Positions 9,665-19,397 of a stretch of 64,000 bases of DNA are shown in pieces. Each line of letters opens with the position of its first letter. Position 1 is the stretch's first letter. Origin of the DNA: Candidatus Levyibacteriota bacterium (lineage in GTDB: Bacteria > Patescibacteriota > Microgenomatia > Levybacterales > UBA12049); contig JACPGP010000014.1 in the NCBI GenBank assembly GCA_016182425.1, positions 26,846 to 90,845 on the forward strand, read 5' to 3'. The translations under genes and the position numbers were made by a program. The notes under the pieces are model-generated. The model saw only the letters and a list, made by a program, of their open reading frames with translations, had not been told where the DNA came from and searched no databases.

Positions 9665-10547
9665 ATTATCTATTATTATTGTTTCATATAATACAAAAGA
9701 TATTTTACAAGCATGCCTCGAGTCTGTTTATAGAAATCTTCCTAAAGATGCAACTGAAGTTATTGTTGTTGATAATGCATCAACTGATGGCTCAGTAGAA
9801 ATGGTGGAAAAAGAATTCCCAAAAGTTATTGCAATAGAAAATAAGGAAAATGTTGGATTTTCAAAAGCAAATAATATTGGCCTTAAAAAGGCGGAAGGAA
9901 AATATATATTATTTCTTAATTCGGATACAGTCGTGTGTAAAAATACGCTTGATGAGATGATTGTATTTATGGATTCGTATCCACATGCGGGGGCTGCAAC
10001 GTGTCGAGTCGAACTAGCAAATGGCAGGCTAGACGATGCTTCACATAGAGGGTTTCCAACTCCTTGGAATGCATTTTGTCATTTCTCTGGGTTATCGAGA
10101 ATTTTTCCTAAGTCTCGGATTTTCGCTGGATATTCTATGGGATGGGAAGATTTATCAAAAATCCACGAAATTGATGCATGCGCAGGTGCGTTTATAATTG
10201 TAAGAAGAATAGCTGGAGAAGAAGTTAATTGGTGGGACGAGGATTTTTTTTGGTATGGAGACGATTTAGATTTTTGTTATAGATTGAAAGAGAAAGGGTG
10301 GAAGATATATTTCGTTCCGACTATTTCAATTATGCATTACAAAGGGGTTTCTTCGGGTATCAAAGAGATCTCTGAACATCTTACAACAGCAGATAAAGAT
10401 ACAAAGAGACGTGCGACAGAAGCTCGCTTTGAAGCAATGAAGATTTTTTACAAAAAACATTACCAAAAAAAATATCCCAAATTTTTTACGTGGTTAGTGT
10501 TGAAAGGGGTTGATTTGTTATACTACAAACATGCGAATCGGGATTGA
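9657..10547 (+). CDS. GT2 glycosyltransferase
   Basis: LSIIIVSYNT...VVDNASTDGS...GFSKANNIG...FLNSD...GDDLDFCYR. The ATG at 9657 (ATGATTAA overlap with the upstream stop) is preferred over the ORF-track start at 9624. Confidence 0.8.
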   Translation: MIKLSIIIVSYNTKDILQACLESVYRNLPKDATEVIVVDNASTDGSVEMVEKEFPKVIAIENKENVGFSKANNIGLKKAEGKYILFLNSDTVVCKNTLDEMIVFMDSYPHAGAATCRVELANGRLDDASHRGFPTPWNAFCHFSGLSRIFPKSRIFAGYSMGWEDLSKIHEIDACAGAFIIVRRIAGEEVNWWDEDFFWYGDDLDFCYRLKEKGWKIYFVPTISIMHYKGVSSGIKEISEHLTTADKDTKRRATEARFEAMKIFYKKHYQKKYPKFFTWLVLKGVDLLYYKHANRD

Positions 10548-11622
10548 TGCCAGGTTGTGGAATGAGAGTGGAGTTGGGCGATACATCAGAAACCTCGTTG
10601 CCCAGTTACAAATTTTGGATAAGAAGAATGAGTATATTCTGTTTGTTTTAGGAAAAGACTATGTCGGCATTAAAGGAAACAATTGGAGATTAGTAAAAGC
10701 TAATATTCGTTGGCATACAATTGAAGAGCAGTTAAAGTTTCCATCAATTCTCTACAAGGAAAAACTAGATTTGGTGCACTTTCCTTATTTTTCAGTTCCT
10801 ATTTTTTACAACAAGCCTTTTGTCGTAACAATTCACGATCTGATATTGCATCATTTTCCAACAGGGCAGGCTTCGACACTCCCCATGCCTTTTTATTGGG
10901 CAAAACATTTAGGATATAAATTTGTTATATCACAAGCTGCTAAGCGCGCAAAAAAGATTATCGCAGTATCGAATGCAGCAAAAGATGAAATCGTTGATCA
11001 TTTACATGTTGATCTTAATAAGGTAGTTGTGACATATGAGGGAGTAGATCTTCCAAGCTCAAAGTTACAACTTAAAACTCGAAGCTATTTTCTTTATGTG
11101 GGGAATGCATATCCGCATAAGAATCTGGAGAGATTGATTGAAGCGTTTGCAGGAATCAGGAATCAGGAATCAGGAATCAAGCTAATACTCGTTGGGAAAG
11201 AGGATTATTTTTATAAGAGACTAAAAGAAAAAGTACAAAAGATGGGACTTGAGAAAAAAATAATTTTTCGTGGAGAGGCGACAGACGAAGAACTCGCAGG
11301 TTTATACAAAAATGCATTAGCACTTGTTATTCCGTCTCTTATGGAAGGATTTGGATTGCCTATTTTGGAGGCGATGGCAAATAAATGTTTGGTTTTAGCA
11401 TCTGATACTCCAGCTCATCACGAAATTGCAGACGACGCAGCAATCTATTTTAATCCGAATAATACAGAAGATATAGCAGAGAAAATGAAAGCTAGTTACA
11501 ATGATACGCATCATTATAGTGAAAATATTGAGAAGGGTTTTGAGAGAAGTAAAATATTTTCGTGGGAAAAAATGGCAAAAGAGACATTAAAGATTTATGA
11601 AAGTAGCATTGGTCTACGATAG
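10531..11622 (+). CDS. GT4 glycosyltransferase
   Basis: MRIGIDARLW...GVGRY N-terminus and IPSLMEGFGLPILEAMANKCLVLAS. The start at ATG 10531 is preferred. Confidence 0.8.
   Translation: MRIGIDARLWNESGVGRYIRNLVAQLQILDKKNEYILFVLGKDYVGIKGNNWRLVKANIRWHTIEEQLKFPSILYKEKLDLVHFPYFSVPIFYNKPFVVTIHDLILHHFPTGQASTLPMPFYWAKHLGYKFVISQAAKRAKKIIAVSNAAKDEIVDHLHVDLNKVVVTYEGVDLPSSKLQLKTRSYFLYVGNAYPHKNLERLIEAFAGIRNQESGIKLILVGKEDYFYKRLKEKVQKMGLEKKIIFRGEATDEELAGLYKNALALVIPSLMEGFGLPILEAMANKCLVLASDTPAHHEIADDAAIYFNPNNTEDIAEKMKASYNDTHHYSENIEKGFERSKIFSWEKMAKETLKIYESSIGLR
11151..11179 (+). repeat. tandem heptamer AGGAATC x 4, in-frame
   Basis: Direct reading gives aggaatc at 11151, 11158, 11165 and 11172. It encodes GIRNQESGI. 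Confidence 0.95.
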
Positions 11623-12688
11623 AGTGAATAAATGGGGAGGGGCAGAGAGAGTATTACTTTCGCTGCATGAGATTTTTCCGCAAGCTCCGCTGTATACTTC
11701 AGTATACAACCCGATGAAGACACCATGGGCAAATGTATTTGTTTTAAAGACATCATTTCTTCAAAAATTTCCTTACGCGTCGTCTGTTCATGAATTATTG
11801 CCAGTGTTTATGCCGCTGGCCTTTGAGAGCTTTTCGTTTGATCAGTATGATCTTGTTATTTCGGTAACATCAGAAGCAGCAAAAGGGATTATTACAAAAC
11901 CAGGCACGCTTCATATTTGCTATTGTCTTACTCCTACTCGTTACTTATGGAGCGGGTATGAAGAATATTTTAAAAATCCAGTTAATCGATTTTTTACACA
12001 GCCAGCAGTGTCGTATCTTCGTAAATGGGATTATATTGCAGCACAACGTCCAGATGCGTATATTGCTATTTCGAAAGAGGTACAAAAAAGAATTAAAAAA
12101 TATTATGGAAGAGAATCAGAAGTAGTGTATCCTCCAGTTGATCTGCCCAGTGTCAAGTATCAAGTGTCAAGTATCAAGGGAAAGGAGGCTGGTTTTTTTC
12201 TTGTTGTTTCTCGGCTTGTGCCTTATAAGCGAATTGATATCGCCATTAAGGCATGTAATAGATTGCAGTTGCCGCTTAAAATTATAGGTACTGGATCGGA
12301 AGAAGGGAGACTCAAAAGCATTGCTGGTCAAACAATCGAGTTCTTGGGTAACTTGACTGATAGTGAGCTGGTAGGGTATTATAAAGCTTGTCGTGCGCTC
12401 ATTTTTCCCGGCCTGGAGGATTTTGGGGTTGTCGTCGCAGAAGCCCAGAAGTTTGGTAGACCAGTAATTGCGTTTTATGGGGGAGGAGCGCGTGAAATTG
12501 TTAAGGAGCAAAAGACAGGATTATTCTTTTATCCTCAGACAACAGAAGCACTCGTAAGTACACTTATTATGTTTGAGAAAAAAAGGTTTTCTTCTGCGAT
12601 TTGTGCCGATAATGCGGAAAGATTTTCGTTAGCGTTATTTAAGAAGACGTTTATGTCATTGATAGAAAAATTAAAGGATCACGTTTAA
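11597..12688 (+). CDS. GT4 glycosyltransferase
   Basis: KWGGAERVLLSL N-terminus, YPPVD linker, and FPGLEDFGVVVAEAQKFGRPVIA. Confidence 0.75.
   Translation: MKVALVYDRVNKWGGAERVLLSLHEIFPQAPLYTSVYNPMKTPWANVFVLKTSFLQKFPYASSVHELLPVFMPLAFESFSFDQYDLVISVTSEAAKGIITKPGTLHICYCLTPTRYLWSGYEEYFKNPVNRFFTQPAVSYLRKWDYIAAQRPDAYIAISKEVQKRIKKYYGRESEVVYPPVDLPSVKYQVSSIKGKEAGFFLVVSRLVPYKRIDIAIKACNRLQLPLKIIGTGSEEGRLKSIAGQTIEFLGNLTDSELVGYYKACRALIFPGLEDFGVVVAEAQKFGRPVIAFYGGGAREIVKEQKTGLFFYPQTTEALVSTLIMFEKKRFSSAICADNAERFSLALFKKTFMSLIEKLKDHV
12149..12179 (+). repeat. tandem heptamers AGTGTCA/AGTATCA alternating (14 bp x ~2.2), in-frame
   Basis: Direct reading gives agtgtca agtatca agtgtca agtatca agg. It encodes SVKYQVSSIK. 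Confidence 0.95.
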
Positions 12689-12700
12689 TAAACTATTTTT

Positions 12701-13792
12701 ATGAAAATTGTTATTTTTGCAGGAGGTGTAGGAACACGACTTTGGCCGCTATCAAGGAAAAACACTCCGAAGCAATTTGAGAAAATTATTGATAATAAGT
12801 CGACATTACAGAAAACAGTTGAGAGACTGTTGCCCGATTTTAAGCTTTCTGATATTTACATTGCTACAGGCAGGCGGTATGAGGCAACAGTCAAGGAGCA
12901 ATTCCCCAATCTTGCGGAGGAAAATTTTATTTTCGAACCCCATATGCGTGACGTTGGTCCTGCAATAGCGCTGGTGACATCGCTTTTGGAAAAACGTTTT
13001 CCGAATGAACCAATGGCGATTCTTTGGAGCGATCACCTGGTAAAAAATATTGCCAGATTTAAAAATGTTTTGCATTTAGCGGAGGCGATGGTTAAAAAAA
13101 ATGAGGCAAAATTTGTTTTTATTGGACAAAAGCCTCGCTTTGCAAATCAAAATATTGGGTGGATAGAGGTTTTAAAAAATGCTTATCAACCAACAGCAGG
13201 TAACGACATTTACGTGACAAAATTTAGAAAATTAGTATATAGACCGAGCCTTTCTGATGCGCAAGATTTTCTTAAAAAAAATAATTTTGTTTGGAATTTA
13301 GGCTACTTTGTTACCACGCCAAATTTTTTGTCCTCTCTTTTTAGCAAATTTACCCCCGCAATGTATAAAAAACTTACTCCTATTGCTGCCTTGTGGGGAA
13401 CGAATAAATTTGAAGATGCTCTCGAAAAGACGTATTCAACAATTGAAAAAATAAGTTTTGATGACGCGGTTTTAGTAAAGTTGCAGGAAAAGGGAATTTT
13501 TGTTGTATCGTCGGACTTAGGTTGGAGCGATGTTGGAGCGTGGGAATCACTTAAAGAAGCCTTAGTGGAAAGAGCAAATGAAAATGTAGTAAAAGGAAAG
13601 GTGCTGCTTGAGGATAGTAAGGATAGTTTGGTGTTTAACGATACCAATCAACTTGTTGTTGGTATAGATTTAGATGAAATGCTAGTTATTAATACGAGCG
13701 ATGTTATTTTGGTTTGTCCAAAAACCTCGGTACCTAAAATAAAAAAGCTGGTAGAAAGCTTGTCTGGCACCCCTCACGAGCATTTGGCATAA
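12701..13792 (+). CDS. manC: mannose-1-phosphate guanylyltransferase-like NDP-sugar pyrophosphorylase
   Basis: FAGGVGTRLWPLSRKNTPKQF glycine-rich loop, and GWSDVGAWESL. Confidence 0.75.
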   Translation: MKIVIFAGGVGTRLWPLSRKNTPKQFEKIIDNKSTLQKTVERLLPDFKLSDIYIATGRRYEATVKEQFPNLAEENFIFEPHMRDVGPAIALVTSLLEKRFPNEPMAILWSDHLVKNIARFKNVLHLAEAMVKKNEAKFVFIGQKPRFANQNIGWIEVLKNAYQPTAGNDIYVTKFRKLVYRPSLSDAQDFLKKNNFVWNLGYFVTTPNFLSSLFSKFTPAMYKKLTPIAALWGTNKFEDALEKTYSTIEKISFDDAVLVKLQEKGIFVVSSDLGWSDVGAWESLKEALVERANENVVKGKVLLEDSKDSLVFNDTNQLVVGIDLDEMLVINTSDVILVCPKTSVPKIKKLVESLSGTPHEHLA

Positions 13793-13804
13793 GTTTAACT
13801 TTTT

Positions 13805-14461
13805 ATGAGAATAAAGAAAAGTAAATCCTATGAAATCGTTAAGAGAATTTTTGATTTGTTGTTTTCTTTAATTCTTCTTGTTTTCTTTCTGCCGATAATT
13901 GTTGTTGTGGCTATTTTTATAAAGCTGGATTCTTCAGGTCCAATTTTGGCGGATACTCCGGAACGTGTGGGGAGGAATGGAAAACTTTTTAAGATGTATA
14001 AATTTCGGTCTATGATTCAAAATGCACATGAGATATTGCGCCAGAATCCAAAGTTTCTAAAGCTCTTCGATGAATACAAGAAGGGAAGTTATAAATTGCG
14101 GGATGATCCACGCATAACTAGGGTGGGAAAATTTATTCGCAAGCACTCTTTGGATGAGGTACCACAGCTGATTAATGTATTAAGGGGCGAGATGAGCCTG
14201 GTTGGCCCGCGAGCGTATTATCCAGATGAATTGCGTGAGCAGCAAAAGAAATATCCCGAAACTAGAAAGGCAGTAAAAATTGTGTTGTCTGTAATGCCAG
14301 GAATAACCGGGCATTGGCAGGTATCAGGAAGAAGCGAAATAAACTTTGACAAACGTATCGAAATGGACGCGGATTATGTAAAGAAGAGGTCTGTTTTTTA
14401 CGATTTGATGATTATTCTCAAAACCCCGTGGGCGATGATCTATGGCAAAGGCGCCCTATAA
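13805..14461 (+). CDS. polyprenyl-phosphate phosphoglycosyl transferase (bacterial sugar transferase family, initiating enzyme)
   Basis: Single N-terminal [27 protein letters not shown]. Confidence 0.8.
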   Translation: MRIKKSKSYEIVKRIFDLLFSLILLVFFLPIIVVVAIFIKLDSSGPILADTPERVGRNGKLFKMYKFRSMIQNAHEILRQNPKFLKLFDEYKKGSYKLRDDPRITRVGKFIRKHSLDEVPQLINVLRGEMSLVGPRAYYPDELREQQKKYPETRKAVKIVLSVMPGITGHWQVSGRSEINFDKRIEMDADYVKKRSVFYDLMIILKTPWAMIYGKGAL

Positions 14462-14464
14462 TTG

Positions 14465-14494
14465 TTGACATTGTTTATTTTATTGAAGTATGAT
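14465..14494 (+). promoter_or_regulatory. sigma70-like promoter
   Basis: TTGACA (14465-70), an 18-nt spacer, then TATGAT (14489-94). It lies ahead of the ATG at 14503. Confidence 0.45.
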
Positions 14495-14502
14495 ATAAAA
14501 AT

Positions 14503-16446
14503 ATGGATGATTTGCCTAAAATTACCTTGCGCCCGCAAGAAAATGTTAAGCCAGTAGTTTCAGCAACCAAAATTAGAAAAAAGATTTTTTTTATTTTTCT
14601 TGCTATTTTTATTCTTTTTGGGACACCAATGCTTATTATTGCTGTTCCGGCACAAAAAATCTACATTTCTTCACAAAAGACGTATCGGCAGGCACAAAAA
14701 ACCGTGGATGCAATAAAAAAGCAGAACATCGCACTGGCAGATGAAGAACTTGAAAAAACAAAAGAAACGCTAGCGGAAACTCAAAATAACCTTCAGACGA
14801 TTTCTTTTCTCCGTTTTGTTCCTTTTATTAGTTGGTATTATAACGACATTGATCATTTGCTAAAAGCTGGATTTCATAGTCTAAGTGCCTCCTCAGTTGT
14901 TATTGAGGCAATTAAACCCTATGCGGATGTATTGGGTTTAAAAGGTCAAGGCAGTTTTGTGATGGGTTCTTCCGAGCAACGATTGCAGACAACTATTCTT
15001 ACCATGGGAAAGATTACGCCTAGGATTGATGACGTTGCCAACGATCTTGATCTTGCTAGAAAAGAAATTGACGCCGTTAATCCAAATCATTACCCTCCTA
15101 TTTTTGGATTAGCAAAAGTAAGAGCACAACTGATAAAAGTAAGAGAAATAGCAGATAGCGGCATTGCATTTGTCGACGAAGCCAAACCTCTAATTAAAGT
15201 GCTCCCTTCGCTTTTGGGAGAGTCGCAAGAGAAAAAATACTTGGTTTTATTCCAAAATGCTAATGAATTGCGGCCCACCGGAGGATTTATTACTGCCTAT
15301 GCTATTTTTAAGATAGACAAGGGGAAAATAGAGGTTGAACGATCAGACGATATTTACAATTTAGACAATACAATTAGAAGCAAACCAAAAGCCCCAGAGC
15401 CAATTCTTAAATACCTGGCCAATGTTTCAACGCTTCATTTGCGAGATACCAATCTTTCTCCAGATTTTATCGAGTCAATGAAGACGTTTAATAGTTTATA
15501 CAGAGAAGCGGGGAGCAAGGTGGATGTTGATGGAATTATTGCGATTGATTCCAATGTTTTAGTTTCGACAATTAAGACTCTCGATGATGAGGTTTTTGCT
15601 GGAGGAATTAAATTTACCTCAAAGATAGATAAGCGATGTGATTGTCCCCAAGTTATTTATGAACTGGAAAGACTAATTAGCACGCCAAAGAGTTTGGATT
15701 TACGGATAACTTCGTTGGCTTCTGTCCAAGCCCAGAGAAAAGACATCCTTGGTACGCTTATGTACGCAATTATGCAGAAAGCTCTTAAATCATCACCGAA
15801 GCTCTATTGGGGGCCGTTGGTGCAAGATATGATAACACAGGCAAATGAAAAGCATATTTTGTTTTACCTCTATGATAAAAACGCCCAAAGAGGCATAGAA
15901 GCGCTCAACGTTGCCGGAAGAATAAAGGAATTTGATGGTGATTACTTCCATCTTAATCAAGCAAATTTAGGAGGCGCAAAATCTAACTTGTTTGTGAGAG
16001 AGTCTGTTACGCAAGACGTAAAGGTAGAAAGTGATGGGAAAATTATAAAAACAGTTACAATTATCTACAAAAATCCCTATCCTCCGTCGGATTGTAATTT
16101 GGAACGGGGAAATTTGTGTCTCAACGGCATTCTTCGTAATTGGTTCCGGGTGTATGTTCCCAAAGGAAGCAAGTTGGTAAACATGCAAGGTTCGGAGGTA
16201 AAAGTTTCTACCTATGAGGAATTAGGTAAAACAGTTTTTGAAGGATTCTTAACTGTTCGTCCGCAGGGATCGGTTACGTTAACTTTTTCGTATACATTGC
16301 CGTTTAAGCTTGAATCGGGTTCGCCTCTGCCTCTTCTTATTCAAAAACAGCCGGGAACCACAACAAATGAGTACATAATTAAACTTAACGGTAAAGAAGT
16401 GGAAAAATTTCCTCTGCTGACAGATAAAGAGGTAACGCTTAGGTAG
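14503..16446 (+). CDS. membrane-anchored extracytoplasmic protein, DUF4012-like
   Basis: N-terminal TM. FQNANELRPTGGFITAYA matches my recollection of the DUF4012 core motif. The family is common next to glycan loci. Confidence 0.5.
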   Translation: MDDLPKITLRPQENVKPVVSATKIRKKIFFIFLAIFILFGTPMLIIAVPAQKIYISSQKTYRQAQKTVDAIKKQNIALADEELEKTKETLAETQNNLQTISFLRFVPFISWYYNDIDHLLKAGFHSLSASSVVIEAIKPYADVLGLKGQGSFVMGSSEQRLQTTILTMGKITPRIDDVANDLDLARKEIDAVNPNHYPPIFGLAKVRAQLIKVREIADSGIAFVDEAKPLIKVLPSLLGESQEKKYLVLFQNANELRPTGGFITAYAIFKIDKGKIEVERSDDIYNLDNTIRSKPKAPEPILKYLANVSTLHLRDTNLSPDFIESMKTFNSLYREAGSKVDVDGIIAIDSNVLVSTIKTLDDEVFAGGIKFTSKIDKRCDCPQVIYELERLISTPKSLDLRITSLASVQAQRKDILGTLMYAIMQKALKSSPKLYWGPLVQDMITQANEKHILFYLYDKNAQRGIEALNVAGRIKEFDGDYFHLNQANLGGAKSNLFVRESVTQDVKVESDGKIIKTVTIIYKNPYPPSDCNLERGNLCLNGILRNWFRVYVPKGSKLVNMQGSEVKVSTYEELGKTVFEGFLTVRPQGSVTLTFSYTLPFKLESGSPLPLLIQKQPGTTTNEYIIKLNGKEVEKFPLLTDKEVTLR

Positions 16447-16452
16447 TAAACA

Positions 16453-16995
16453 ATGAGGAATTTTAAGGTAGAAGGGATTATAATTAAGCGCCGTAATATC
16501 AATGAGGCAGATAGGTTATTGACTGTTTTTTCGAAAGGATATGGAAAGATACAAGCAAAAGCAGTCGGTGTTAGACGAGTGACTAGCCGCAGGTCTTCTC
16601 ATGTAGAGCTTCTTAATTACGCAAAGATGACCCTTTACAAAGGGAAAAGCCTGCCGCTTGTAGTTGAGGCAGAGGCAATATGCGATTATGCTTTCTTAAA
16701 AAAGAATCTTAGGATGGTTGGTATTGCCTACCATATTTGTGAGCTTATTGATAGCTTATGTGCGGAAAATCAGGAGAACACCAGTGTATTTTTATTGCTT
16801 TTACAAACTCTTGATGATCTTTCAAAAGGTAAAGATGCAAAGCAAACTGTTCATGTGTTTGAAAAAATGTTACTTTCACATCTTGGATTTTTTTCAAACT
16901 TTCCTCTTGTTAAAGCTATCGATACTCACGTAGTAATCGAGGAGATCCTTGAGCGCAAACTTAAAACAACATCACTTTTGCCACATTTCCTCTAG
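16453..16995 (+). CDS. recO: DNA repair protein RecO (short form)
   Basis: OB-fold N-terminus: EGIIIKRRNINEADRLLTVFSKGYGKIQAKAVGVRR..SRR. Confidence 0.65.
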   Translation: MRNFKVEGIIIKRRNINEADRLLTVFSKGYGKIQAKAVGVRRVTSRRSSHVELLNYAKMTLYKGKSLPLVVEAEAICDYAFLKKNLRMVGIAYHICELIDSLCAENQENTSVFLLLLQTLDDLSKGKDAKQTVHVFEKMLLSHLGFFSNFPLVKAIDTHVVIEEILERKLKTTSLLPHFL

Positions 16996-17022
16996 ACAAT
17001 TTTTTTGCTATCATGTGTTCAT

Positions 17023-18327
17023 ATGGATAATTTAATGGATAAGTTAGTAGCCCTTTGTAAGAGGCGCGGTTTTATTTTTCCAGGGAGCGAGCTTTATGGC
17101 GGATTGAATGGGACATGGGATTTGGGACCATTAGGTGTTTTGCTGGCTCAAAATATAAAACATGAATGGTGGAAAAGTGTAGTTTTGAAACGAGAAGATG
17201 TTGTCGGGCTTGACTCATCAATTCTACACCATCCAAAAGTCTGGGAAGCCTCGGGCCACGTTGCCTCTTTTACAGATCCTCTGATTGAGTGCAAAGTGTG
17301 TCACGAGCGGTTTCGGGCAGATCACAAAGATCAAATTGCAAAGCACGAAAAAGCCCATCCCAATCCTGCCTGGACAGATATAAAGTCATTTAACCTAATG
17401 TTTAAGACTTTCCTTGGGCCAATTGATGATGAAAAAAATAAAACCTATCTTAGGCCGGAAACAGCTCAAGGTATTTTTATAAACTTTAAAAACGTTGTTG
17501 AGACATCAAGAGTAAAAATCCCTTTTGGTATAGCACAAATTGGCAAAGGGTTTCGAAACGAGATCACAACAGGCAATTTTTTGTTTAGGGTTAGGGAATT
17601 TGAAATGATGGAGCTTGAGTTTTTCGTAAAGCCGGGAACAGATAAAAAATGGCATGATCTATGGAAGCAAGAACGTTACAATTGGTGGTTGCGTTTGGGG
17701 ATAAGAAAAGAAAATATTAAACTTGTCGATCTTCCCAGAGAGGATATTGCACACTATTCAAAAGGCACCACAGAAGTGTGGTATAACTGGCCATTTATGA
17801 GTTTTGGTGAACTTGAGGGAATTGCAAATAGAGGAGATTATGATTTATCGCAACAGGCAAAATACTCTGGTCGTGATCTTTCCTATTTTGATCAGAAAGA
17901 CAATGAAAGATACATTCCATACGTGATTGAGCCATCTGTTGGAATAGGACGGGCTATGTTGGCATTTTTAATTGACGCTTACTATGAAGAAGAAAAAAGA
18001 GTTGTTTTAAGACTTCATCCAAAACTGTCTCCTATAAAAATTGCAGTATTTCCGCTTCTTGGTAATAAAAACGAATTAATCACAAAAGCGAAAGATTTAT
18101 ACAAAACACTAAAAACTTCCTTTGAGGGGGAAGTTGCGTTTGATGATAGAGGAAATATTGGTAAAAGATATCTATATCAGGATGAAATTGGCACTCCTTG
18201 GTGTGTAACAGTGGATTTTGATACACTCAAAGACAACACAGTAACGGTTAGAGATCGAAATAGTACCAAGCAGGAAAGAGTTGCAATAGGAGACATGTTG
18301 ACATTCTTCACGCGATTGCTACAATAA
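17023..18327 (+). CDS. glyQS: glycine--tRNA ligase (dimeric GlyQS type)
   Basis: [62 protein letters not shown] 17023 is preferred to TTG 17005. Confidence 0.9.
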   Translation: MDNLMDKLVALCKRRGFIFPGSELYGGLNGTWDLGPLGVLLAQNIKHEWWKSVVLKREDVVGLDSSILHHPKVWEASGHVASFTDPLIECKVCHERFRADHKDQIAKHEKAHPNPAWTDIKSFNLMFKTFLGPIDDEKNKTYLRPETAQGIFINFKNVVETSRVKIPFGIAQIGKGFRNEITTGNFLFRVREFEMMELEFFVKPGTDKKWHDLWKQERYNWWLRLGIRKENIKLVDLPREDIAHYSKGTTEVWYNWPFMSFGELEGIANRGDYDLSQQAKYSGRDLSYFDQKDNERYIPYVIEPSVGIGRAMLAFLIDAYYEEEKRVVLRLHPKLSPIKIAVFPLLGNKNELITKAKDLYKTLKTSFEGEVAFDDRGNIGKRYLYQDEIGTPWCVTVDFDTLKDNTVTVRDRNSTKQERVAIGDMLTFFTRLLQ

Positions 18328-18342
18328 AAAAGATAACATTTT

Positions 18343-18822
18343 ATGCAGCAGAAAAAAATAATTATTGCCGCAGCACTAGTTTTACTTCTCATTCTTTTTG
18401 GTTTAGGATATTTTCTCTATTCTCCTAGGACTTCACAGTCTCCGCAAGAAACGCCACAAGATGAAGAACAACAGCAAGAAGAGGTGGTTATTCCAACAAT
18501 AAGCCCTGATAATCTTGGATTAACATTTGTCGCAAGAAACGACAAAAAGGCAGTAAAATTTGCCATAACAGAAATAAAAGATATTCAAGCAGTTGATTAC
18601 GAAGTGTCTTATTTGGCAGAAGGAAATATTCCTCGGGGCGCGATAGGACATATTGAAGTAAAACCAACGGACCAGAAAATCGGGACAAATTACATCGATC
18701 TTGGTACGTGTTCGTCTGGAAAATGCAAGTATGACCAAGGCGTTACCTTAGTAAAACTCATTTTGAAAATAACAAAAATAAATGGAAAGATCTATTCCGC
18801 AGAAAAAACCCTAGAACTTTAA
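18343..18822 (+). CDS. hypothetical membrane-anchored protein
   Basis: N-terminal TM, a Q/E/P-rich linker, then a beta-rich domain. No motif recognised. Confidence 0.5.
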   Translation: MQQKKIIIAAALVLLLILFGLGYFLYSPRTSQSPQETPQDEEQQQEEVVIPTISPDNLGLTFVARNDKKAVKFAITEIKDIQAVDYEVSYLAEGNIPRGAIGHIEVKPTDQKIGTNYIDLGTCSSGKCKYDQGVTLVKLILKITKINGKIYSAEKTLEL

Positions 18823-18843
18823 CCCATTTTAAATCTACCCATT

Positions 18844-18872
18844 GTGTTTTTGTGGCCACAAAACACTATTTT
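18844..18872 (+). terminator. inverted repeat followed by a T-rich tract (possible terminator)
   Basis: gtgtttttgtgg/ccacaaaacac, then tatttt. Confidence 0.35.
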
Positions 18873-18924
18873 GGGTATTTTACCTCTTGACAAACAAATA
18901 GAAATTATTCCAAAATGGTATAAA

Positions 18925-18949
18925 GTGGGAAAAAGTGGGATAAAGGCAG
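18925..18949 (+). promoter_or_regulatory. putative MraZ operator (GTGGG direct repeats, 10-bp period)
   Basis: GTGGG at 18925 and 18935, plus degenerate GGCAG at 18945. The site is immediately upstream of mraZ. Confidence 0.5.
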
Positions 18950-18953
18950 GAAT

Positions 18954-19391
18954 ATGTTACTTGGACAGTTTGAGGGAAAAATTGATGAAAAAGGACGAAC
19001 TGCTTTCCCTAAAAAATTACGGGAGGTCCTGGGCGACAAACTCATTATTACATTTGGATATGAAAATTCGCTTACTGTCGTATCCGAAGTTGGGTGGAGA
19101 GGGTTGCTTGAGGGAACAGAAGGGAAACCGTTTATCCAAAAAGAAGCAAGGGAAACGCAAAGATTTTTACTTGGAGGAGCAAGTTTTGTGGAGCTCGATA
19201 GCAAAGGCAGGTTTATATTACCTTTCTACTTACGACAATTTGCAAAAATTGCGCAGGAGATTATATTCATAGGATTGTCGCGATACATTGAGATTTGGGA
19301 TAAGGAGCACTGGGTAAAATACAGAGAGAACCTTGAAAAAAACATAGATACAATTGCGAAACGATTGATTGAGGGCGAACAAAAAACGTAA
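18954..19391 (+). CDS. mraZ: transcriptional regulator MraZ
   Basis: Duplicated SpoVT/AbrB-like halves: GKIDEKGRTAFPKKLRE and VELDSKGRFILPFYLRQFA. Confidence 0.9.
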   Translation: MLLGQFEGKIDEKGRTAFPKKLREVLGDKLIITFGYENSLTVVSEVGWRGLLEGTEGKPFIQKEARETQRFLLGGASFVELDSKGRFILPFYLRQFAKIAQEIIFIGLSRYIEIWDKEHWVKYRENLEKNIDTIAKRLIEGEQKT

Positions 19392-19397
19392 ATCCTA

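Noticed and set aside
14651-14713. cacaaaa recurring every 21 bp (AQKIYISS/QKTYRQA/QKTVDAI)
   Set aside because: This is a weak 7-aa protein-level periodicity with divergent DNA. It is not a tandem heptanucleotide tract.
18844-19272. 142-aa ORF overlapping the mraZ promoter and gene in another frame
   Set aside because: mraZ in the +3-shifted frame has clear family motifs. The upstream part of this ORF is the terminator and operator region.
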